From assembly GCA_003971905.1 (NCBI GenBank), contig RSEE01000024.1, forward strand, positions 62,001-126,000: DNA of 64,000 nucleotides, in the 5' to 3' direction. The notes beneath the pieces are model-generated. The model did not search any database. It was given only the letters and a program-made list of their open reading frames with translations, and was not told the origin of the DNA. Position numbers and translations under genes: made by a program. Shown here piece after piece: positions 12,664-22,561 of this stretch. Within the stretch, counting starts at the first letter, position 1; each line of letters opens with the position of its first letter. Source of the DNA: Moniliella sp. 'wahieum' (Eukaryota).

Positions 12664-13024
12664 GTTCAACGTTCAACGTTCAACGTTCAACAGAGCGTAG
12701 AGCGGTTTGGTTATCAAGAAGTGATCTATTAGTCGACAGGAGAAGCTATCAGTGCATCAGAGCGATTGTGGATTATCGCGTATGAAAGACAAAGCTTTCT
12801 CGGCGTCATCGATCATCCATATTCGTCGTCGTGGTCATGACCGGCCGTGCTGGTTGCGGCGTAATTCTTGCAGGATTTCGTTGAGGACTAATATGGATGA
12901 GTGCGAGGAGCTGTGTGTGCGGGCGCGGCAGAGGTGTGGACTGCAAGTATGAATTAGTGAAAGAAAATGGTGATATAGTGTTGTTCCGCACTCAGTACTC
13001 AACGTTCAACGTTCAACGTTCAAC
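12664..13024. repeat. Two short (GTTCAAC)n heptamer arrays at 12664-12691 and 12999-13024
   Basis: Four and about 3.7 perfect GTTCAAC units, read directly. Confidence 0.85.
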
Positions 13025-13443
13025 ACCGCAGTCTATATACGCAGACACCCATCGTTGGCCGCACAGCCGTTGTCGGTGATACTACTGATACAGACTAATG
13101 GGTCACGTTCGTCCGTACATCGGCCTGATGGGCCTGATGTGTGTGTGCCCCGCCCGGCATATGCTTTTCTTTCCTCTCTCCTGGCACGTTCGTGTGTTCG
13201 TGTGTTCCTTTCTCCCCGTTTTCTCTTTTTTTCCTCTGCTACATCGTCTCTCGACCTCCCCACGGTCGTCCCTCTCTTCATATATAACAGTCTTTCGGCC
13301 ACAGTCTTTAGTCGGGGCACCCGCAACGTTGCCAGAGCCACACTGCCGTGAACGGGCCCACCTATACGCTTAGGAGTGTCCCTTCTATTTTCAGAACTTA
13401 CTGGCAGTGAGGATTTTATTGTCTTTGTGGTTTTCATCTGATT

Positions 13444-16400
13444 TCATGTAGGTAAAATGAGTCTTGGCGCCATCGCGAAAACAGGTGGAAGAAGAGAGGA
13501 CGATTGCAGGCCCCGGAATGAGACGAGTCCCACAGCCTCTGTTGGGAGGAAACTGAATATGATGAGATCCTTAGGAAAAGCATGGCAACACTTTGACGTC
13601 AACCGGCTTAACTTTGTCCGAGAACTCGCATCGGCCTGATCGACGTCCTGCTGCAACGCAACCACTTCAGCCCGCACCACTCCCTTTTCCAGAGCCCCAG
13701 ACACCAACATGACCGTACTCTTCACATCATTCATTCCACACGTCTCTCCCTCTGAATCTGCAGTGCGCAACCAGGAGAAGAAGGTATACTGCTGCAAGAG
13801 CATCGAGAGGGCCATGATGCTTCCTTGGCTTTGCAGCAGACCAAGCAAGGAGCGGAAGCGCGATTCCATCGTGCCCAACGTAACCATGACTCCCATCGTG
13901 CCCGGCCTGGGCAGATCCAGCCAATGAGTCCAGGTCGTGCTTCCTTCGGTTTTGCGCGGATCACAGGATGCGCAGCGCTTCCCCGTTGCGTGACCGCTAG
14001 GTACGCACCGCGAGGGCATCCTCCACACGCGAGACTGTGGCAGTTGAGAATGGGTTTGCGAGTGTGGTGGGGGCTGTGTTTGCAACTGTAGTGAATTCGA
14101 TTGGCGCTTCTTCGTACGAAGAGTCAGAAGCATCATAGGTGGAGTCATAGTCGCGCGGGTCAGACTGGGGCGGGCACGACACAATTCCATAGCGCTGCAG
14201 CGTGTCCACCGAAAAGCCGGAGGATCGCGTCGCGTTCCCATTCCGCAAACACCTCATTGAACGAATGCGGCAGCTTATCCTGCACGGCAAACAACTTGCG
14301 ACCCAACCGGTCCATATCAATCTGGTCATAGTGCAGGCCAAACGAGTATCCAACCGGACACGAATATTTTGGGGATCGAACTTGGCTGGTGCCAGCAGAC
14401 GCACCACTTTGTCCCGCGCGGCTTCGGACAAGTACTTTTCGAACGCAGATACGGTCCCCGTCACTTCGAGCGGTACGCCACGAAGGAGAATGAGGTGGGC
14501 GGAGATAAAGGGGGAGGAAGTGGTGGACCAACCGCGCTGGTATTGCTGGAACAGATACCAAACCAGGCACTTGTACTTGCCATCAAATGCTTCTCCGTGC
14601 AGCACCGTCGGCGCGTGAGTCCAGTCTTGCAACTTGGCCAGCCCCGTATCCGGGCAAAAGGGGACGCCATCAGGTGCCACCTCGCTCAGCTGCCTGGCCG
14701 GGTCCCACGCCGATACCTCATCCAATGTTGCTAACGATTTACTGTCTTCGTCCGTCCACAGCGATGGGTGCAGCACAACCGACTCCAAGCATTCTTGCGC
14801 AAAGCGGCGCTGGGAAGCGACCGGGAACAAGCTCACATACTTCTCCTTCTCCGCCATCTCAAGGAATTGGCAAAATTGTCCAATCGTAGGATAGTCCCAT
14901 CCGTGCAACTTGTTGTGCTGCCGATGGAGATACGTAGGTTGCGATTTCACCCTTCCTTCCAAACGCTGGTTTTGGAGAATGCGCACCAACAGCGCGAACT
15001 TGGACTGCACCCTTATCCGATTGATGTGAAACGAAGAATCGCCGTCCTTCTGCCACAAACTGATATAGTAATTCGGAACGCTCAGGCGAGGATCTGCCGT
15101 CGGCTGGGGCAGCGGCATTGTCTCTGCAGGACGGGAAGCGTGTGACGACGAGTGGGAGGACTGCCGCCAAGACGATTCGAGCATGAATTTAGGTGTAAGT
15201 GGTTCAATGTTGTCCAGGGAGCGGCGCCATGCGACTGGGGCGGGACGCTCCACGTTACCAGGGGCTGACGGCAGGCCAAGAGGAGGAACGGGTTGAGACG
15301 GGGTGTCAGCATTGGCGCTGGGGTGCATCCCTTGACCCGAAAAAAGCGCTGAAGGTGTCGCATCGGGAAAGGCTTGCGAAGGGCAGGCAAAAGGCTAGAA
15401 GCTTCAGTTGGGGCCTCTTGGGTAGAGAGGGAGGTTGGAACGGTCTGACAGACCCCCAATGCGAAGCAGGGGAGATGTGCGAGCCATCAGTTGAACCTGG
15501 TTCCCGGTTTGACGAGGCCTTGGTGAAGTCATCAACGCCGGATGAGCGAATCGCCGCCAAACCTGCCGCGATGGCCTCAGACTCCGTGGGGAGTGGGCTA
15601 TTGGGGTTTGCAGCGAGCATGGTCCGACATGCTTTCACGATGTCATTCTCTTCCACCAGCTCAATCCACGCGTATCCATATTGGGAGGACTGACCCGTGG
15701 TTACCAACCCAATTCGCTCCGCCCCGGCCACGTAGGAAGTCCAGTTGTGCGCTCCCACGCGGGCGAAGGCGTGGTAGCTGTAGCTGTTCAGGATCAAGGC
15801 AGTTATCTTAGACTGCCGTTGTTTCGTCGGCCCCGCCCCTGGGTCGTCCTTCCTGATATCCGGGTCGATGGGCTGGTTGAGTAGCATGGAAAGCAATGGT
15901 GCATACTGAAACAGTCCTTTTTTCAGCTCATTTACACCCAGTTTGGTCGACGGCGACGAAATCTGGAAGTTGGCTGGAGGATCCTGGGCTAACGTGGAGG
16001 AGACCGTAGAGGGAGATGCATGGGCATCCACTGGCTGCGGAGGTCGACAAGGGCACCGTGGTTGGGATGGGAGTCAGACTTAATTTGCAGCACATCTTCC
16101 CGGAATCGGAGGACCTCATCGGCATTGGCCCGCAGCTCAGGGGAGGCGGAAGCGGGTACAATCAACAGGATTTGGTACCCGCGTCCGCGGAGGGAGGGCA
16201 GATTGTACGCCAAGTCCCCTTTGCCCGAGATAATTACGATGCGAGCGGGGGGGGGATGGTCGAGGGCAAAGGACATCATGTCCCCTGCCAACATAAAGTC
16301 AGGCTTCTTCTCCAGTCTCCCATGCGGTGTGTCGACAAGGATAACACCGCCTCGTTGGATCTCCTCGCACACCTGGGCGAGACGCTGAGACGGAGGCCGG

Positions 16401-16949
16401 ACCTCCGGGTTGGAGAGTCCCTGGTAGGCCCGGAATTGGACGATGAGAACAGGACGCGCGTGGAAGTCTCCGGCAGGGACTGCGGTAGACTGGACGATGG
16501 ATCGAATGGCACGGACAATGGTGATGCCGTCAATACCTGAGGGTGGTTGCACATTCTAATGGGATAGCGGGAGAGGGGAAGGACGGGTTAGTCCACGGTG
16601 TATGTAACGCTAAAGAGGACATGGTATCGGCCATGGTCTTGCTGTGGGCTGGATGCCCACATGGCCATGTTGTGCGTACCTCAATATCCCAAAAGATGGC
16701 GCAGTTGATGGGAGCGGATGGGGTGGGGACGGGTGTAGAGACGGGGGGTTGGTGATGGCAACCGATGTGCCCCCTCGCCTATCAGGAATGGATGCCCGTG
16801 ATGGTTGCAGGTATCGGGAGGAAGAAGAGGGGGGGCGTAGGAGTCGGCTTGGCGCGGGGAGAGAGTGGAGAGCCAAAATGAGAGTAGATTACAACTATCG
16901 TAGCGGACAAGACGACACAGAGCGTAGTCACAAGGATGATGAACGCCAT
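13444..16949 (-). CDS. NYN copy A: N-terminal hydrophobic anchor + MARF1/Limkain-type NYN domain + four LOTUS/OST-HTH-like repeats
   Basis: MAFIILVTTLCVVLSATIVVIY, then CAIFWDIE|intron 16556-16679|NVQPPSG, IVQFRAY, GVILVDTPH, PDFMLAGDMMSFALDHPPPARIVIISGKGDLAYNLPSLRGRGYQILLI and ELRANADEVLRF. Continues through ORFs 15306-16031, 13997-15328 and 13444-14241, joined by indels. Confidence 0.85.
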
Positions 16950-17649
16950 ACGGGGGGAGGAGGAGGAGGAGAAGGAGAAGGAGGTGGTGGTGGTGGTGGT
17001 GATGGGAAGAAGGAGATGGAGCGGAGAGAGAGGCGGCGACTTTAACCCAAGGGGGGGGGGGAGGGGGCGAGGGGCGGGCGATTCGACGAGGACGCTGCGC
17101 AGGGCGCGCGCAGCCTCGGCTGAGAGAGGCCGCGCCAGGAGCGATTCAGACGAGGGGGGGCTGGCAGCGTTTGAGGGAGTGGGGGTTGCGAGTGGCACGG
17201 CGACGAGTAGCCACTTAACAATCACTCGGCCCAGACGGTATCCTTGCCGGTGGTGGGCATACGTACGCTCAAGAATGTCTGTCCCTGCCAAGTACCGTAC
17301 ACGCAGCGCACATCCTGCGAGTTATATATTCGCCTTATACCTAAGCGATGCTCGAAATTACATCGTGGTACGTTTTGTGCGCATCCAACCCACGTCTTGC
17401 TGGTCACCGGTCACGCGACCAGTGTCGGCGTATCTCCGCCGCTTCTGCGCCGCCTCTCCCAGTGCATGCGCACTGCCCCCGTGAGCACTCTAAGTCAACG
17501 AAGACAAGCTCTCCAGAGAGAAGAGGGGGGGAGAAGGTGATGGATCTCTTCCAAGAGAAGAGTCCGTTAGGGCAGAACATAGGGGAGAGACGGATAGAAC
17601 AGCGCGATGTGTGATGCGTGATCAGCTGCATGTATGATGGCGCTGAGGA

Positions 17650-18438
17650 CATGGCAACGTTCCGTGTGCGTCCCGGATGACTGTGGCAGAAAGACTGTGT
17701 TGGTATAAGCCACCTGCAGGTAAGCCGAAAGACCCCCGTGGGCTTCGCTGTCCTGGCAAGGTCGGTAAGCGTTGGTAGTCATGACTCGTCGCCTCGCTGG
17801 GGAGTGCCCGTGGATTCGAACCAGTACCGCAAGCCGGCTGGTGGTATAGCCGTGGCGCGGTTTTGTGATGGGCACTATGACCGCTGCGCAGTTCGAATGC
17901 GGAGGATGCCCTCGCGTCTCCCAAATTCCCTTGGGCCCAACAGAGGAGCTGTGCTCCACTGATTGCGTAGAAACATATTAAGTGGCGTGTAAGGCAAAAT
18001 CTGATGGTAACTAAGAATAACATTGTACCCGCGAGAGGTCATCCTAATATACTTATACGCAAATATACTTATACGCAAAGCACAGGCAAAAGAAGAAAGG
18101 TAGCTCAAAGAAAAGAGCCTTGCAGGTCAGACCGTCAAGTCGGTTCGCCCCCAAGCAGGTCAAACCAAACTAGTATTGAACCAAACTGATGAGTATCGAC
18201 CCAGGTGTGACAAAACACGATGGTGTCCACAACCAAGCCGTATAAAGCATGTCGGCCTTTTGCTCATCCGCATCTTTCCGCACAACCACCACGCTCCCAC
18301 GCTCGGATAGACGACTAACTCACTCTTTCGCTACCCTTTGGACACCTCTCATCGATCATCCCCCATCCCTGTGCCATCCACCGCAGCGCCCACACCACAC
18401 TTGCGCCATGATGCATGATGTTGCTCTATATACCTCTG
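17650..18438 (+). pseudogene. Inverted duplicate of the promoter, 5' UTR and first codons of the membrane-protein gene, truncated by the LTR
   Basis: Homology to 12185-13335 includes TATAAAG and the ATG region, and ends abruptly at the TG that starts the LTR at 18439. Confidence 0.75.
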
Positions 18439-19314
18439 TGTCATGGGGGGGGGTCCCGAGGGGGGACCCCCCTGTAGTTTATTAGGAGTAAACGTATAAA
18501 CCCTTGGACCGGTCAATCGGTGTCTCGTGCGTTAGGTCCTGCTCCAGATCCTGGTTGAACCGAGCGGGTGTAGAGGCGAGGGAGAGATCCTCTAGTTTGG
18601 GTGGCTGCCTGCGTGCAAAGGCCGCAGTCCAGACCCTCCGAGGTAGGAGCCGCGTACGTAGGTCGTTAGACCAGCTGAAGGGGTCCAGGAGCTCCGAAGT
18701 TACTCTGTTCCTCGCAGCGTTCACTCGGTACGCTGTAGTAGGCGGGAACAGACAGAGTCCTAAAGAATAGCAAGCACTACTGATGAGAGTAACCGTGGAT
18801 TGCATCAGTGCACTCGACGTAAGTCGTGAACTCGTAAGCGTAAGCGTGGTAGAAGGCTGAAGCTAGTTGAATGGCGAGAGAGGAACTGGTAGTCGGGGAG
18901 ACCAAAGATAGGAGACAGGATGGTCGACAAGGAACACAGCTAGCAAGCCTTAGACATGGCTGCTTACATACAGCAGAAGGAACCAGGCCTCAAGTGCCTC
19001 ATGACAGGTATAGACAGAATGCGGGGCACTTCCCAGAGAGGTAAAGACTAATGCACAGCCCTTGCTTCCCAAGGTGCTGACGCTGCGTAGTCGAGCGCAG
19101 CAGGAAGGGTTCCGACAAGACTGGACGCAATGGGCACAAAGAATCGTACCGATAAGCCCATGCGGCCATGGCGGGCCGCGGATGATATCCGCAGCAAGGA
19201 TAAGGTGTCGACTGGCTCTCTCTCGCTAGTCTAACCGGACTGACGCGTGTTGGGCTGAGATGTCTACGACACGCGGGGCTCAGCGTCCGGAGATAACCGG
19301 AGCGCCCCGTAACA
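18439..19314 (-). mobile_element. Solo LTR of an LTR retrotransposon (about 876 bp)
   Basis: TG...CA termini with an imperfect terminal inverted repeat (TGTCATGGGG vs reverse complement of CCCCGTAACA = TGTTACGGGG). Both ends coincide exactly with truncation points of duplicated host sequence. AATAAA sits near the minus-strand 3' end; no recognisable coding content; no target-site duplication. Confidence 0.7.
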
Positions 19315-20010
19315 GGTTGCTAGCACCGCCCCCCCGTCTCTACACCCCCTCCCACCCCATCGGCCCTCATCAACTGCGCCATATGTTGGGATATTGGGGT
19401 ACGCACAACATAGCCATGTGGGGATATATCCCACGGCAAACACCATGCTCAATACCATGCCCTCTTTTGCGTATACCACATGTACTAAAACGTCCTTCCC
19501 CTCTCTCGCTATCCCATTAGAATGTCCCACTACCCTGTGGTATCAACGGCTTCACCCTCGTCCGTGCCATTCGTTCCATCGTCCAGTCTACCCCGGTCCC
19601 TGCCGCAGACCTCCACGCGCGTCCAGTCCTCATCGTCCAATTCCGGGCCTACCAGGGACTCAACAACCCGCAGATCCGGCCTCCATCTCAGCGTCTCGCC
19701 CAGGTGTGCGAGGATATCAAACGAGGTGGTGTCATCCTCGTCGACACGCCGCATGGGAGACTGAAGAACAAGGCAGATTTTATGTTGGCAGGGGACATGA
19801 TGGCCTTTGCCCTCGGTCATCCGCCCCCGCTCGCATCGTAATTATTTGGGGCGACGGGAACTTCTTGTACAACCTGCCTCCCCTCCGCGGACGCGGTACC
19901 AAGTCCTGTTTTGATTGTACCTACTGCCGCCTCTCCTGAGCTGCGGGCCAATGCCGATGAGGTCCTCCGGTTTCGGGAAGATTGCTGCAGATCACGGCTA
20001 ACACCCCCCC
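19315..20010 (+). pseudogene. NYN copy C: 5'-truncated fragment of the NYN gene
   Basis: Starts immediately after the LTR with no start codon or anchor, and keeps the same intron (19399-19520). Motifs are degenerate (WDIG, IWGDGNF; branch point ACTAAC changed to ACTAAA). Homology ends just after the NYN domain. Confidence 0.8.
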
Positions 20011-20110
20011 GGCACAGGCCACACTGTTTCAGCAGCTTTCAGCGCTCACCCCACCCCAAGTAGCTGAATTACATACCAGACATAGCAGGCATACCAGACA
20101 TATCAGGTAC

Positions 20111-21622
20111 TTAGCCTCGCCTAGCCGACCTAAGCTTGTCGTGCGCGAACCTGGACCAGCGATAAAGCGAATGGCTCGCGCCTTGACTCGCGCCCGAGGG
20201 ATACCTATGCCGACTGGCCACCCCACGATCAAACGTGCGCGGCGGGGAAGTCGGAACGCAGATGGAAGGTCCAGTTGCCCCGGTGGGCCGCTGGCTCGGG
20301 CGGCACGCGCGAATTAGTGTGGGAGGTGGTACGTGCGTGGGAGGTGGTACGTGCGTGGGAGGTGGTACGCGCGTGGGACTTGGTGCGGGCGTGGGACTTG
20401 GTGCGGGCGGGCGAGGCAACGGTAGCGGTAGCGGCCGAGGCCAAGGCAGAAGCAGAAGCAGGTGCTGGAGGAGGACCGGAAGCACTCGAACTACGAGGAC
20501 GGTCCGGAGTCGATCGAACGGAAGGAGAGCGCACACTGCCACCCGTCGTCCGGACCGGCGGGCGCGAGTCAACGTCGGCCGGAGGGAAGAATCTGAGGCG
20601 GTACGGCGCGCTACCGCATTGTTGGTCAACACGCTAGCTAGGAGCGGAGGTGCGTGCAAGCGCGTCGAGGCCGAAGCAGGCGGCGGAGGCGCAGCGGGCG
20701 ACGCAGGCGGACGGGATACCGAGGTCGTACGAGAAGCTGCCACAGGCGTGGTCAGCATCGGAGGGGAAGCAGGCGCCGCAGTGCCCGGAGGGGCAGGTCC
20801 AGGACGACGAGGTGCCGCAGGTGGAGGAGGCGGCGCAGATGCCGCGGGAGGAGGCGCATGCGGCGGGAGGAGGCGGGGGCGCAGGACTCGCCCTCCAGGA
20901 GGCGGAGGAGGCCGGGCAGGCATCCCCAGTCGCCCCGAAGGCGAGGCGGGCGCGGCGCGCAGCAGGAACGCTCGGCAGCGAAGGCAGGCAAATGGCTTGG
21001 GGCCGGGCTTGGGAGGAGGCGGGCGAGTGAGGGTCGAAGGTCGCGGCGGAGCAACGGGTGGACGAGAAGGAGGCGTAGGGCCGGAGGGGCGGTGCTCGTG
21101 CGGTGCGGGGGGCGCGCGACCGGGAATGGGTGGAGCACGAGCCGGGGCAGGCGGCAGGCACAGGCGGTGGGGGTGGGCCGATGGCGCGGCGGGAGCAGGC
21201 CCCCAACAGCGGCTTGGGGGCACCCGGGGGCTTGGGGCCGACCCAAACGGCTTGGGCGGCGGGCGGGCCGGCGCGGAGGGGCTCTCGTCGCGATGAGCAA
21301 TCATGGTGGACGCCCCCGGCGGCCGGTGGCTCGGAGCTTGGGCATCCCGCCGGCGAACAGCCCAGCAAGCGGCTGGGGAGTAGGAGGATCGTCCTCGGCA
21401 GCAGCGGTCATGGGCCTGGCAGGAGCAGCGCGCCGGGGATGGGCGAGCGCCACCAGGAGGCCGCGGCGGTTTGCCCAGTGCGGGGAGTCTGCCGGTGTTG
21501 CCTGCGCCGGCTGAGCCAGAGACTATGCCGCCGCCTCCGGTGTTGGGGCCGGAGCGGTCGTTGGTCTGGGTCTTCTTGAGTGTGCGCCCGTTCTTGATGG
21601 CGGCCTGGAGGGCGGAGTCCAT
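20111..21622 (-). CDS. VRP1: Verprolin / WASP-interacting protein
   Basis: N-terminal WH2 (ALQAAIKNGRTLKKTQTNDRS), a second WH2-like GLFAGGMPKLR, a very long poly-Pro region and a C-terminal WTF...DFP...YPSG motif. 3' end approximate. Confidence 0.88.
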   Translation of the reverse strand: MDSALQAAIKNGRTLKKTQTNDRSGPNTGGGGIVSGSAGAGNTGRLPALGKPPRPPGGARPSPARCSCQAHDRCCRGRSSYSPAACWAVRRRDAQAPSHRPPGASTMIAHRDESPSAPARPPPKPFGSAPSPRVPPSRCWGPAPAAPSAHPHRLCLPPAPARAPPIPGRAPPAPHEHRPSGPTPPSRPPVAPPRPSTLTRPPPPKPGPKPFACLRCRAFLLRAAPASPSGRLGMPARPPPPPGGRVLRPRLLPPHAPPPAASAPPPPPAAPRRPGPAPPGTAAPASPPMLTTPVAASRTTSVSRPPASPAAPPPPASASTRLHAPPLLASVLTNNAVARRTASDSSLRPTLTRARRSGRRVAVCALLPFDRLRTVLVVRVLPVLLQHLLLLLPWPRPLPLPLPRPPAPSPTPAPSPTRVPPPTHVPPPTHVPPPTLIRACRPSQRPTGATGPSICVPTSPPRTFDRGVASRHRYPSGASQGASHSLYRWSRFAHDKLRSARRG

Positions 21623-22222
21623 AATGGCGGTGGTGGTGGTGGTGGTAGTGGCGGGGGAGACGCGGTGGCGGTGGCTGCGCTTTGCTGCGCACTGGGGCAG
21701 CAGGAGAGGGCACGGGGGCAGTGCGCGTGCGCTGGGAGAGGCGTCGGAGAGCGGCGGAGATAAGCCGGCGCTGGTCGCGTGACCAGCAAGGCAAGGGTTG
21801 GGTGCGCACAAATGTACTTCGATGGGTGCTCAAGTGTCGCTCGGGTAGCAGGCGAATATAACTCGCGGGATATGCGCTGGGTGAATTGAGGTACTCGGTA
21901 GGGACGGACAACTGTGAGCGTACGTTGGACGTTGCTCAGCACCGACAAGGATGCCGTCTGGGCCTATAGCGATTCTTACAATGGCTACTCAGTCGTCGCC
22001 TCGCCATTCGCAACCCACTCACTCTCTTCAAACGCTGCCAGCCCCCCTCGGCTGAATCGCTCCTGGCGCAGCCTCTCTCTCAGCCGAGGCTGCGCGCACC
22101 CTGCGCAGCGTCCTCGTCGAATCGCCCGCCCCTCCCGCCCCTCCCGCCCCTCCCCCTGCGTTGGGTTAAAATCGGCACCTTCTCTCTGTGCTCCATCACC
22201 TTCCTCCCACCACCACCGGCTT

Positions 22223-22554
22223 CACCACCACCACCACCACCACCACCACCTCCTCCTCCTCCTCCTCCTCCTCCTCCTCCTCCTCCTCCTCCTCCTCCTC
22301 CTCCTCCTCCTCCTCCTCCTCCTCCTCCTCCCTCCTCCTCCTCCTCCCCTCCTCCTCCTCCTCCTCCTCCTCCTCCTCCTCCTCCTCCTCCTCCTCTCCT
22401 CCTCCTCCTCTCCTCCTCCTCCTCCTCCTCCTCCTCCTCCTCCTCCTCCTCCTCCTCCTCCTCCTCCTCCTCCTCCTCCTCCTCCTCCCCTCCCCTCTCC
22501 TCCCCTCCTCCTCCTCCTCCTCCTCCTCCTCCTCCTCTCCTCCTCCTCCTCCTC
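22223..22554. repeat. (CAC)n followed by a roughly 300 bp (CCT)n microsatellite in the 5' leader of NYN copy B
   Basis: Read directly; ends a few bases before the ATG at 22562. Confidence 0.97.
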
Positions 22555-22561
22555 CCCCAGC

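Larger units (their letters stand above)
12185..13335. repeat. Left arm of a diverged inverted duplication (partner 17650-18438)
   Basis: By eye, 12185-12380 matches the reverse complement of 18235-18438, 12385-12613 matches 17715-17972, and 13281-13335 matches 17650-17707. Confidence 0.85.

Noticed and set aside
18186..18215. CTGATGA hammerhead-like cores (also near 18780, 29043 and 39405)
   Set aside because: None is followed by stem II plus GAAA and a matching cleavage-site stem.
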